From: Octopus sinensis
Lineage: Eukaryota
Direction of reading: 5' to 3'
Length of the DNA: 64,000 nucleotides
Assembly (NCBI RefSeq): GCF_006345805.1
Contig: NC_042997.1
Span: 138,074,001 to 138,138,000 of the forward strand
Under the pieces are notes generated by a model. The model was not told the origin of the DNA. It saw only the letters and a list, made by a program, of their open reading frames with translations, and did not search any database. Every line of letters starts with the position of its first letter. The stretch's first letter is position 1. The translations under genes were made by a program, and so were the position numbers. Shown here piece by piece: positions 12,301 through 26,604 of this stretch.

Positions 12301-15300
12301 TTTGACTATTATTTCTTTACATGTAGGGCAACAACATAGAGGCTCTGTAACTGGCTAATGTATACTGCCATCATAACTGATATTATCATCTTCATTGAAT
12401 CCAGCACCTTTCATAAAAGCTTTCTCCTTTGTCTTAGAGCCAACTGACTTGTGCTCAACCTGTTGGCAGAGAACACAGGTCAATCTTTGGCAGAATCTTT
12501 GGCAGAATCATTAGAGTCAGACAAGTTGCCTGACAATATTTCAAGCTCTTTATGCTCTGAGTTCAAATCTCACAGAGATCAACATTGCCTTCCATTCAGA
12601 TCAATAAATAAAGACAGTAGTCAAGTATTGGGATCAATTTAATTGACTAATCCCTCACAACCCACAAAAATTGCTGGCCAAAGTTAAAAACAATTATCAC
12701 CTTCATAAGTCATTTATCCTTCAATCAAAGTCGTATATTTGCTCAGACTGTTTGCTGTTGGTTTAACTGTTCCAATTAGTTTGATTAAAGCAAGTATGTT
12801 ATGTATCTTTATAGAGCCTGACCAAGCTCAATATTCTAGAAAGAACTTAATTATTAACAACTTTTAAACTTCATTAAATATATTGTTAGCCAGTATATTT
12901 ATCGTTATTACTTAGGTATTAAAGGCAAGCTGACAGAATCATTACTATGTCAGAAAAAAAAATGCTTAGCAGCATTTCTTCAAACTTTACATTCTGTGTT
13001 CAAATGCTGCTGAAATCGATTTTGCCTTTCATCCTTTCAAGGTTGATAAAACAAGTACCAGTACTATTTTTAACAGAGTAGTTAAAATAACATCAATTGG
13101 ATGTGCTTCTAAAACTACAAATTACCAATGTATTGTGATAAAAAAAAAAAAAAAGCCTTTCACTATTACCGAGCTTGCTACTATTATTAATTTTAATAAT
13201 ACCAAGTATCCAAAATATTCCGATTGATGACATCAACACAATTATTCAACATTTCTAATATATTGACATTGTACGTTAAATACAAAAATTGATTGCTTAA
13301 TTGCATGCAGAAATTCAAGAGAGATGAAAGCAAATTTTTTAAAAACTGAGACAAAATTCTGAGGACAAGATTTTACTGAACAATCCAAATACAGATAAAT
13401 AGTTTTACCTTCAATATTCTTTTTAACTGTCCATACAGCATTTGGATTACCTGGAAGTTCTGAGACAGCCATTTCAGAAACCTAATGATAAAATGATAGA
13501 TTCATAATAAGGAAGTTGAAAATTTCTTTCTAAAAGAAATCAATGGAAACATAGAACATGATAAATACAGTTCTAGAGCACCAGGTTAATATTATCACTA
13601 AAAATACATGTAATTTTGTGATGATCAAATGCTGAATATGAAGCCAGCACTGGCATAGAACATCTACAATTTTACAAGATTAAGGAAGCCCTCAACTACA
13701 GCTTACATTCTAAGCAACTCTTGTAATCAACCATATCAGAATTAGATAATAATGGTACAATAATAATATATATAAAGCTCAATTGTAACATCTCAATAAA
13801 TTATTTGTTCTTTATAGTTTATTTTTCTGGGATGGTACATTGAGTGATTTTCATTGAGTGCTCACAATTGCAATTTTAATAAATAATATGAAAACTATGC
13901 AACTAGAAATATGAGCTATTGAAAGACCCTTTAATGTAGTCTCTTGATATGCTAGAAACAACAGCCTACTGTTTTAAAAAAGAACCTTTTTTAAAATTTT
14001 TTCCCTTGTTGGATCTGAAGGAAAAGGGAATACCCAAGGCCTTTGCAAGCCCCTTGAGACCAGTGAGATTGGTGCCTTTAATGTTCTGCTTAAACTACAG
14101 CAAGTCAAAAGAAATTTCAGAGGATTGATGTTCTGGAGAGAAAGGACATGAGTGATGAGAGGAGAGATACATGGGACAGGAATGCCTGAGTAGATTTGGT
14201 ATGAGCCAAACCAATTGCAAGAAACAGAGGCCATTGTAGTAGCAGTATAAGAGACTGGAGTGTGTCAGTGACTGATTTTCTGCCAATCAGTGGAGCAGCT
14301 TTTCGTGAAACGTCATTGAGCATTGTGTGTAGCAGAAGCATTGGCCCAAATATATATATATATAAATATATATAGTAGACTACATGTTTATTAAACATTT
14401 ACAAAAGGGGTGACACAAACTTTGAGGTTTCGGCTTGCTAGCCTTCGTTGCACAGTCCCTGATGAAGGTTAGGAAGAGGAAAATTTGAAATCAGTTTAAA
14501 TGAGTTTAATACACACATACATATATATATATATATTGAGTGTGTATGTGTACATACGAGGGGATGCTGAAAAGTTCCTGGTTTTAAGGGTATTGCAAAA
14601 GGCCTTGTTGGAGGCCTAACACTGAGTTCTTTTACAGGTCTTAGAAAAACTGAAGGACCACTGCAATAAGTGTGTGAATCTGAGAAGGGAACATGTTGAA
14701 TAAAATCATAATTCACTGATCTTACTATAATTACTTTTGTCTACAACCAGGAACTTTTTGGTACTCTCTTGTGTGTATGTATGTATATATATAAAATTAT
14801 GAGTACATATATATATATATGCACAAGCAGGCTCCCAAGGCTTCAATAGCAAACACTTGCCCAAGACGCTGCACAAAATAATTGAACCTAGAGTCACTTG
14901 ATTAGGTAGTTATTCTTAACCACACAACTACGCCTGGTATCTAGCAATGTTAATAATCTTGTGGATCTTCATTACACAACAAAAGAGATTTCAACAACAA
15001 CCAGCTCCAAAGCCAGAAACTATAAAATTTAGAAGAGTAAAACAAAATTATAAGATGGGATAAGCATAACAAGTGGCTTTCTAGTGATTCTGAAGTTCAT
15101 TGCTTAAAAGAATATGTGAACATTCCTAAGAACTTAAAATTGATAGAAAAACAAACTCGAGTGAAATAAATGAAATACCTCCAAACCATGTCGTAAAACT
15201 CGGAGAGAGGAGCGAGGACCTCGACCACACAATGTATACAACTGGGGAGTATCTTCATTTGCAAGATCAGCAATCTGGTATATAAAAAAAACAAACATCA

Positions 15301-16505
15301 AATCAAAATATGCACAGAGAGAGATGAAAAACAACAAGAGAGAGAATAACCAGAGTATTTGACAGTATATAAGACAATTTTTTCCTAAAAAGATATCTCA
15401 AAAAAATTACCCAAAATCCTATAAGCAAAGTTGAGCCTATATTACGTGCTTTAAAGTACTAAAAACATTTTCATGAATATGCACTTCTTTTATGCCATCA
15501 AATACAGTATATTTTACTAGATAGTAGCATTAACCTAGAAATATATACAGAATGTTGTGATACTATGTATGAAAAAATGTAAACAAGATTAGGGCAAACC
15601 AGACTGCATATATTTGCATAGCAGTGCAAACTTGGACATGTATATTAAATAGGGCACTGATACAGCATATTTGAGATTAAATTTTCAGAGTTACTACCAT
15701 GTTTACATTTCCTGTAAGCAGTATCCCTGCATTCTTGCAAGTAACTGGGAAATAATAAATGAATCTTAATAAGACTTAATCTTAATAAAATCCAAAACTA
15801 ACTGATCAGCTCATTCATCCTGGCTGTAGAGAAACTTGGGGTTTTAATGGTTGTTCATTACATGACAGAAGAAATTCTTACAACAGCCAACTTCAAAATC
15901 AAATACTATGAAGTTTAGAAGCGTAAAACTACAAGATATATTTTCAGCAATAAATATGCTTTTATGTAATTCAACTACTTGTTTACCATGCTACATTGCA
16001 TCAGAAAAATAACACATTTTTAAAAACATTTCGTCAGAGCCCCAACAGCCACTGTATCTGATGGTCTGTCGATAAAACTGACTTCAGGAAATCATAAGAT
16101 GGGATACTCATTAGGCTTATATGATTTGTCATAAACATTTGGAGTTATTACTTCAATATTATTCTACAAGACCATTTGTCACACACACAAACACACATTA
16201 ATTGTTGGTAGGGATATTGTATTTTGTTATCCAACTATAACATACTACCTTTGAAGCCGATGCTGAGCCCTGCCTGTGTTAGCAGTGCAATTAAATCACT
16301 TTTTAATATTATTTCTATAAATTTTCTATAAAAATTATAGCCAGCACTCAAAGTTACATTTCGTATATGAATACATCTATGTAAACAATGTGATCAAAGA
16401 TAGAAAAATAGGTAATGGGTCTATATTGCAGATTTCAGCTCTTGCTCCTTCTTCAGCACCACATCCAACCCATTAACCATCTACAACACACTGCTTAAAT
16501 AGCTA

Positions 16506-16550
<45 letters not shown>

Positions 16551-19500
16551 TAGCTTAGTTGTGATCCGAACATAACCTCTTCTGACACAGAGAATTGGGT
16601 GCCCTTTGGGGTGTTCTAGTTTCTTTGCCGGAAGGGTTCCCGACCCATGGGCCAGAGTGGGTTAGATGATGGGGGTGTTTCAAAAGGGCCGGCATGTGCA
16701 ACCTGATCATCTTTGCCGGTCAAACTCCTAATCCATGCGTTTCCCTCATGACACTGATTCTGCAGAACTGAATTGGGTGTGAAAACCAACTTTAAAGTAT
16801 AAATATAGATTTTCTGAATCAGCAATGTTGTGTTCGGTTAAGTCCTATTTGGGGTGAAAAATCAATAAACTGATTCCTTATGGGGTTTTCCATTCAATCA
16901 GGATGAAAAATCGATAAACCGATTCCTTATAGGATTTACCACTAAAATTGGCTACACCCCATTTTCAACCATAACTTTTACCAATTTTGATGTATTTTGT
17001 TCAAACGTGATGCCAGCATTACTTTTGAATGCTTTAAGTTCTCCAAAAAAAAAAAAACAATTGTTGAATGGAAAAATCGATAAACCAATTCCGTATGAGA
17101 TTTCCCAATCAAATTGTCTGCAGCCCATTTTCAGCCAAACGTTTACCAAATCAATGGATTTCGCTCTAATTTGACATCAGTGTAAAATTTGGTTTGAAAC
17201 AAAGTGCTTGATTAGCTTAATAATCCTAACTTAATCCCAAGCAACGCCGGGCTATACTGCTAGTATATATATATTTACAGATGGCTCTACTCATTTGAAG
17301 CTGAAAACATACTCAAAATAACATCTTATGACAGAAAATCATTAATTTTTTTCTTTCCCATTTTAGCCATGTCTAGTGAATTATCAACCTAAAGCAGAGC
17401 AAAGAAATTCTCACTTGACATGACATAATAGGAGACAAACTATCCATTTCATCAACCATGACAAGATTCTTCAGTAGACGAGGAGAGAAAAAGAAAGTAT
17501 CTCCCTCTTCTAGAGGCATGGCACTGCTGAATTCTGGTTCATCATCATCATCACCAAGATGAGCAATCTGGTAAAGGAAGCTGCAAAAGAGAAAATAAGT
17601 TCAAGTGAAACACTCTAACAAGAAATATTAATAAAAAACAATTTGTAAATAGTAGAATAAACTGTATGCATATTAATTTTTGACCATTCATATCTTTTAT
17701 GTTTCAGTTACTGGACTGCAGCCATGCTTGGGGCACTGCCTTGAAGGAAATTAATTGAAAAAAAAATCAACCCCAGTACTTATTTTTAAGCCTGGGACTT
17801 ATTCCATCAGTCTTTTATGGTGAACTGCTAAGTTATAAGGATGTAATCAAACCAACACTGGTTGTCAAATAGTGGTGGCAAACAAACACACACACATATA
17901 CAACAGGTTTCTTTCAGTTTCTGTCTAACAAATCCACTCACAAGGCTTTGGTTGGCTTTGGGCTATAGTAGAAGACACTTGTACAAGGTGCCATGCAGTA
18001 TAACCAAACCAGGAACCATATGGTTCAGAAGCAAACTTCTTACCACACAGCCATGCCTGTGCCTATGACAATAAGTAGTAGACAACATTTGTTTTTCTAC
18101 ATGTTACAGTGGATTCAACTATTTTGTAAATTTACACATTGAAGTAGGCACTTTAAATTAAACCTACACAAGCATAATATCTGTTTTCAGATAGCTTGGT
18201 TAGAATAATATAAATAACATGCTATTTTCCATTAAAAAAAACAATTTATCAATATGAAAGATTGAACAGTGGCAAAATAAAAATAAAATGAAACTAATTT
18301 ACTTACTGATTGCCAAACTCTGAAGCAACAAAAAGAAATCCAGTCTTTAAAACACACATACTAGTTGCTACAGGAACAGTGTCAAAATACTTGAGACGTA
18401 TTTCCGTGACCTGACAGAAGTTGGAATGTAAAAAAGTATTAATGTTACTTCAGTTTTATGAAAAGGAGAAAATAGACAGCAAAAGTTAGTTAAAAAGACA
18501 TTTTTTACATTAGATAAGGAGAGACATTGATAAAATTTCATTTTCTTAAGAGGTTATAGTGGTTATGGAAGGATGTGTGCATGAATGAGTGAAGAAAGAG
18601 TGTGAAGAGCAATATGGTAAAGTGTATAATATAACTGAATAAGAACTGGATACAAATGAATAAGAACTGCTGAATGATTCTTAGATTTTAAATACAAATT
18701 TTTCCTGAAGTGTTGTGGGAATGAATGTGGAAGATCTCTAGACATGGAGAGAAATGAACTCATCAAGGCCTAGTTTCAATCCAAGTAATTTAAGATAGCA
18801 GCTAAGCATTAGAACTTGGCCAATATGTGTAAGGGGGGGGGGACAACTGTATTGGTATGGACATCATCATCATCAATTAGCACCTGTTTTCCATGTTAGC
18901 ATGGTTAAAACGGTTTAAATGGAGCTGGTAAGCTGGAGAGCTGAACTGGGCTCCAGTTTGTTTTGGCTTGGTTCCTACAGCTGGATTCCCATTCCTAATG
19001 CCTACCATTTTACAGAGTATACAGGGTACCTTTTATGTGTCACCAGCAAGGGCATTTGGCTAGATATGTAATGTAAACAGATTATAATTGAATAAAAAAA
19101 AAAGTCTTGTGTTGATGACATAGTAGGGCATATTTAGGACAAGAAGATGTAGGACATAGTATTAAGAATTTCTGTACAAAAATATTAATTCTATTTTTAT
19201 TTACAATAAGTTTGGCCAAGAATTACAACAGTACAAGTCTGAAATATACTCACCATATCTTCATCAATTTCTAGAGTTATTTTGAAAATGTCTCCCTGTT
19301 CTGTCTGAGCCAAGAAGAAGAACATTGACTGAAATAGAAGAGAAAAACAAACCAGTTGAACATCTGTGTAGGTAAGGAATGAATTTTACAAATGTAGCTG
19401 TGCTTTATATAAACTAGTAAGTGAAGATGTAAGAAAAAACAAGTTTATAAGGTATTTGCAGAACTCTCTGACTTTGTTTCTCAACTGTCTTATTGTAAGT

Positions 19501-22500
19501 TGAATCGCACATCAATAAAATTCTATCAATCTTATTGACATTACCAATCAAATACCGATTCTGATGTCATCATTACACATGTGTATTTGCTCCAGTCATG
19601 TCCTGGTTGTTTGCCTGGTTGAAACTGCCTTTCCTCAGTTCAAACTGGAGTTTTGATATAAGACTTTTACATTTTTTTCACTGCATCTGATTTTCTTATT
19701 TTATTACTTGGAGTTTGCTAGGCTTTTCATTCTTGTGCTCCTTGAGCTAATAATAAATCCTTACAAATCTTATAAGCAGCATCATTAATGTTTAGGCCTA
19801 GGTCAACTCTGACTGAGAAATATTATCAAAAGCTTTCTAGTCATGACCATCCAATTTTATTTTCTAAGACTATGTTCCTTACTGAAGATAGTAGGGTATA
19901 ATTAGGCTGCTATTTCTGGCAAGATGAGTGATGAATTAGAAGCTCCATTATTGGCTCTGAATCACTCATCATCATCATTTAACGCCCACCTTCGATGCTG
20001 TCATGGGTTGGATAATTCAATATTGGTATTTATTTTTTAACTCGTTTCAGTAATTGAACTGTGGCCATGGTGGATTAGCATGCTTTCAAATGTTTAAGTC
20101 AATCAAGTCAGCCTCAGTACTTATATTACTGATCTGACTTAATACCAATTTTATGCCTATAAACACACACACACACATGGGCATTAACTCATAAATCATC
20201 ATCCTTTTAACATCCTCATTTTCATGGTTGCAAGGGATAGACAAAATTCATTGAGGCAGGTTTTATACAGCTAGGTGCCCTTCCTGTCACTAACCCTCAC
20301 CTGTTTACTCCTAGTCCTTCAAATTGTATGACAAAGATGGATGTTTACAATCAATATTCAATGCCAAGACAACAGGACATGAACACACTTACACAGATAC
20401 GACAAGCTTCTTTCAGTTTCCATCTACCAGACCTACTCACAAGGCTTTGGTTGCAAGGCAAACTTGTAACCACATAGCTACATTTCTATTTAAATTACCT
20501 TCTCTTGACCGATAAGGCTTCAAAAAAAAAAATATATGGAAAATAAGATTGTGCAACAATCATACTTTTCTCTTGATTCATTGATATATTCAAACTATAT
20601 TGAATACATAAGATAAATCTTATTCCACCAGCTTCCAAATGAAAAAATACAAAAATAATTAAACAGTACCTTTGTTTTGTGAGAAGCACTGCATACAAAA
20701 ATCATTCCTCGTTCAGGGTCATCAAGGTCATTCTTTAAACAGAAATAAGTAGGAAATACATCCAAATATTATATAATGCAAAAATTACAGACATCAGTTA
20801 CACTTAAATAAAAATCTATATAAAATAATAACAGCTTGGAAAACACATATTAGCCAGTTAAAAATGCACAAAAACTTCCCTTAAATTATAACAGAATGTT
20901 TTTATTTGATTATGAACATTTTAAAAATGAGATGTTTTCAATCATAGAATCAGGGAAGTTAGAGTCAAGTAGGTTGATTTAAACAAAATTTACACAAAAG
21001 TTCATGCTAGAAAAGAAAAATGTTCTTACTCGTCTCCGTGGAATTGGACATCTAATGTCAGGCTGATCTCCAAAGTTCTTATATGTGATATAGTTTTCAG
21101 AACAAATTAAGCAACCACTTGGACCATCACTGCCTCCAGGTACTGTTGTTGTTAATAATAATAATAATAATGATAATGATGATGATGATAATAATAATAA
21201 TAATCCTTTCTACTATAGGCAAAAGGCCTGAAATTTGAAGGGTGAGGGTTAAGTCAATTACATCGACCCCAGTGTTCGACTGGTACTTATTTTATTGACC
21301 TCAAAAGGATGAATGGCAAAGTTGACCGTGGCAGGATTTGAACTCAGAGCATAAAGACAGACAAAATACCACTAAGCATTTTGTCCAGCATGCTAACGAT
21401 TCTGCCAGCCCACCACCTTAATAATAATAATAATAATAGTTTCAAATTTTGGTACAAGGCCAGCAATTTCAAGGAAAAGGTAAGCCAATAACATCAACCC
21501 TAGTGTCCAACTCATAATTAATTCATCAACCCAAAAAGGATGAAAGATGAATTTGAACTCAGAACATAAAGACAGACAAAATGTAAAGCATTTTGCCTGA
21601 TATGCTAATGATTGTGCCAGCTTGCCATCTTAATAAAAATAATAATAATAATCCTTTCTACTAAAGGCACAAGGCTTGAAATTTGGTGGGAGGGGACTAC
21701 CTCAGTGTTTCACAGGTACTTAATTTATTGGCCCTGAAAGGAAGAAAGGTGAAGTCGACCTCAGCAGAATTTGAACTCAAAATGTAGCAGCAGACGGAAT
21801 ACTGATAAGCATTTCACCCAGCTTGCTAACGATTCTGCCAACTCACTGCCTTAGTAATAATAATAAAAATAATCTCTTTTAATATATGCACAAGGCCTGA
21901 AATTTGGTGGAGGAAGCCAGTTGAATACATCAACCCTCTCTTTAACTTTTTCTTTACCCTTATTTCTTAATTTACAAAGGTGAAAAACTGACATAAACTT
22001 TTAGACAATGCTATCAAGGTCTTTCTTCTCTATAAAGACATCATCCCTGAAGATGTTGCAATTTCCAAGCAACTTTAGAGAGATGAAATTTGAGGTAGGA
22101 AAAAAGTCAATATTTTGTAAATGTTATATATAATCAAGGATCACCTGAAAGTATTCTAACATCAAGACATAAATGATTTGATCTGATAGTAAAGTTTGAT
22201 TGTACCAGCCTACTTAAAAATAAAATTCATATAATAATCTGCTTGCCTGTTCACCCGTTATACTTTAGTTAATTACAGAAGTAGAGAGAAATTTGAGTAG
22301 AGAAAAGAAGAGTATAACACGCCAAGGCCAAATGCATTACATGGTTACTTGAAGGGAGAATTGAAGAGCAAGAGAAAACGACAGTGAGAGAGAGAAGTGT
22401 TAATGACAAGCTGTAGGGTGGGGAGGGAAAGTGAAGAGAAAGAGAGAAATATTAAAGACATGAAGAGAGGAATTACATGGTTAAAAAGTTTGTTGAAGAG

Positions 22501-25500
22501 ATAGAAAGAAAGAGAGAAATATAAAGTGGTTAGCTGAGGGAAATTTTAAATCCATATAATATATAATTGTGATTAGAAGTGAAATAACTCAGCAAAATAA
22601 AAATAAAAATCATCCTTTCTTTCTTAAATAGCTTCTCTTAATCTTTTTTGTTGTGGCATTTTCACAGGGTCAACTAGTTAAACATAAATTCATCAAAAAC
22701 CAGCAGTGATATATGACATAGCTACTGCTTCTTCGTCATCATCAACAATATAAGCTTTTCTACTTGCAGAGAATAACTTCTGCATTAATGAATTTTTTTT
22801 AGGCCTATCCAACCAACTTATTCTAAGGCTTTGGTTTACTTTTAACTTACATAGCTTCTGAATGGTTGTATCTGCTGGGTCTCAGTTTAAAACAACACTA
22901 GTCAGAAAATGGAGGCAATGATGTGAGGAAATATATAACAATGAAAGCCAATATAAACTGTATTTGATGGCACAGGCATATTAGATGCATTCCATGTTCA
23001 GTAGCACATATTCAGGATTACTCTATCAAATGTAATACTTATTTATTTATATTGCTTTGAATTTATCATGCAATATCTTGTAGGTTTGATATTTTCCTAA
23101 TGTGATTGCTAATTTTCAGAAGGACATTGTAGGATAAGTGTGAAAAGCTGATTTTGGCTAGTTTGAACATAAAATAGGTAGAATATTTAGATCAGACATG
23201 CCCAGTTTGAATACTAAAGGGTTAAAATGTAATATAGACCCAACTGTGGATATAGGACCTGAGGTGAGTTTTTGAGACACTTTTGTTGGGGAGAAAAGTA
23301 CCACAAATACTGTAGATTAAAGATGCCAAGATTCATGGCAATAAAAAAATCTTGGAGCAGTATTTATTTTTTAAACTGGAAAATGATAATCCTATATTGA
23401 TGGATTACAATGTAAGAAACAAAAAATGTCAACTTACATGTTTATTTTTTAAATCACAGCTAAAAGAAACAGTATAATATACGAATATGAAGGACTTACC
23501 AGCAATCAGAGAATTAGCATGTTCTTCAAGTTGTTCAGAATATTTCCTTACAACATGGTTGAGACCAAGATCCAATTCATAATAAGTAAGCATCTGATGA
23601 GTCTGGAGAGCAGCTTCCCCTGTTGGGTCATAGTCAGCTTCCTAAAATACAATTCACTTCATTAATGTTTATTTTGATAAACACATTTGTGTTTATCTTT
23701 TTGATAAACATGGTACATTTTTTTTAATAAACAAAAAGAAAAAATGACATGAAAAAATATGGAAATTATTTTTTTTTTAAATGTATATAATGCAGTCTGT
23801 CCCATCTTTCCACTGGAGGAAGAGCTAACTGTAAAGAGTTCACACAAACTATATTTAGTTTGAACTCTCACAGATTAGTGATTTGAAGGGAACTCTTAAC
23901 ACAGATAAGTTCTATTAGAAATGGGAGGTAGAAAGATTTGGTACAGGAAAAGGAAAAAGACAGGTACATAATTGGGTATATATGGGGAGTGAGGATGATC
24001 TTACACATGTTCATTTGTTTTTCTACATGTGTCTTAAAATATCATAGATCTCTTTCTTACATCCAAACCTAGATGATACTCAAAACATAAGACTCCTAAT
24101 CACTGAAGTCTTTTAACCTTTTAGCATGCAGATTACTCTGTCAAATGTAACGATGTTTTGAATAAATCATGCATTATCTTGTAGCATCACAATTTCATTG
24201 ATGTGAATGATAGAAAGGACCAGCTTAGATGTGTAGACTTCCTAGCAAGGGATGATGATGCATTGGACTGGCAAAAAAAAATACAGTTGCAATACACATA
24301 GGGAAACAGCTTTGTCGGAAAATTCTCAGGTTAGTCAGTCTCTGACTTTACTAATATCAATGATAACAGCTTTTTTTTTTTTCAAAGTTTTCAGAAGTAA
24401 GAAATTACTAGTTTGTAGAAAAGATAGCTTCCAGTAAATGCAACTTCAACAGAAACCATAATGGTAATCACTAGAGAGAGAAATACATTCAAGATAGTAC
24501 AGATACTTATTGTGTATGATCATTTCCCATAACCTTATTATAATAATACTTTGCCTGTAACAAAAATAAGGAAATATAATCTTACTTCATAATCTATCTC
24601 AAGACAAGCAAATGTTGGATTTTCAAATCCTACATCAACTCCAACCATGTGGTAGACAAGTGTGCTGGATTTGTGGGCTTCAAGAGGAGAAGAAATTGTT
24701 AGTCGAGCTTGAGCATCTCTGTTCAGGATATATACTAACTTCTGTTTTTCCACGGCACCTGTAAATGAAATGTAAACAATTAGATTAAATAGTCTTCAAA
24801 ACATCAACTGCTCAACTTTGAAGTAAAAATGATATCTATAGAACCTTTCTTTAGCATCAAAATTTCCAGTATAATAGAAACTCTAGCCACTACATCTAAG
24901 AAAGGCTTTAGCATACTTTGTTGAGTTTTTTATATCCTTAAAATTATTGGTTTCACATTTTGGCACAAGGCCAGTAATTTCGGGAGAGAAGGGAAGTTGA
25001 TCACATTGACCCCAGTGCTCAACTGGTACATATTTTATTGACCTCAAAAGAATGAAAGGCAAAGTTGATCTCAGAACATGAAGACAAATGAAATGCTGCT
25101 AAGATTTCACTCGGTGTGCTAAAGAATCTGCCAGCTCACCACCTTACTCCTTAAAATTATCAGAAATGAAATAAGACTGTGTAAAACAACTAGGAACATT
25201 GTATTGATCAATGCAGAGAAAATAAAACTGCAGTTGATAATTTTCTTCAAATCTTTTAAGCTATAAAGATGAGCTGGCTTGTAACAAGTAAAATGTTGCT
25301 GAGATAAGTCACATAAAAAATGTTCACAGACAGCTGCTCACATGATATTTTGTGATTGTGCCCTTTCTTATATCGGCTAATCAATAATATTGCAAGCAAC
25401 GTTTTATACACAGTTTTAGCATATAATAGCTGATTTAAGAGATATTTTCTTCCACTATTTCTTTTTAGTAGTGCATTCTACATAACTGACACCAGTTCAA

Positions 25501-26566
25501 TGACAGCCTTTTCAAATCTAACACTTTTTGCTGGTTCACTAAACTGACTGATTAAAGTATCATAAAGTTAATCTCTGATGCCCACTCTCATTTTCCTTCT
25601 CTCACTCTCACTACTCTCCCTCTTTGTCACTCCAGGCAATGTGATAAACATACTTCCATTTTACTGCCCCTGTCACTGACTTTCCATTTGTCATTTACAT
25701 CTACTTCCCTTCCACACAATCGTGTTGATGTGGCAGTAAATATATACACACAATGCTAATTATTATATGTAGATCTTCAAGTAAATAAAATTACATACCT
25801 ATGGAGTTTTTTTTTATTTGCTGATGTCTTAAAAATCTGAACAAGTAAAGCGAAAGAGACATGGGCATGCGGTTAAAAGGCTTACTTAGCAACCACATGG
25901 TTATGGGTTTAGTACTTCTGTATGGCACATTGGACAAATGTCTTCTACTATAGCCATAGGCCAACTAAAGCCTTGTGAATGGATCTGACAGATGAAAACT
26001 GTTGTTGTGAGTGTGTGCATACATTCTTTTATTCTTTTACTTGTTTCAGACATTGGAATGCAGCCATACTAGGGCATCACATCAACGTTTTAGTTGAATT
26101 AATCAACCCCAGCACATTTTTTTTTAAGCCTGATACTTATTCTACTAGTCTCTTTTAATGAATCGCTAAGTTCTGGGGATGCAAACAAACCAACACTGGT
26201 TGTAAGCAGAGGTGGGGGGGACAAACAGACACAAAGATACATATACACACACACACACATATATATATATGCATATATCATCCATCATCATTTAGCATCC
26301 GTTTTCCATGCTAGCATGGGTTGGACGGTTTAACTGGGGTCTGTGAAGCCGGAAAGCTTCATCAGGCCCAGTCAGATTTGGCAGTGTTTCTACGGCTGGA
26401 TGCCCTTCCTAACGCCAACCACTCTGTGAGTGTAGTGGGTGCTTTTTACGTGCCACCTGCACAGGTGCCAGACAGAGCTGGCAAACAGCCACGAACGGAT
26501 GGTGCTTTTATGTGCTACCGGCACGGGGGCCAGGCGAGGCTGGCAACGGACACGAACGGATGGTGC

Positions 26567-26604
<38 letters not shown>

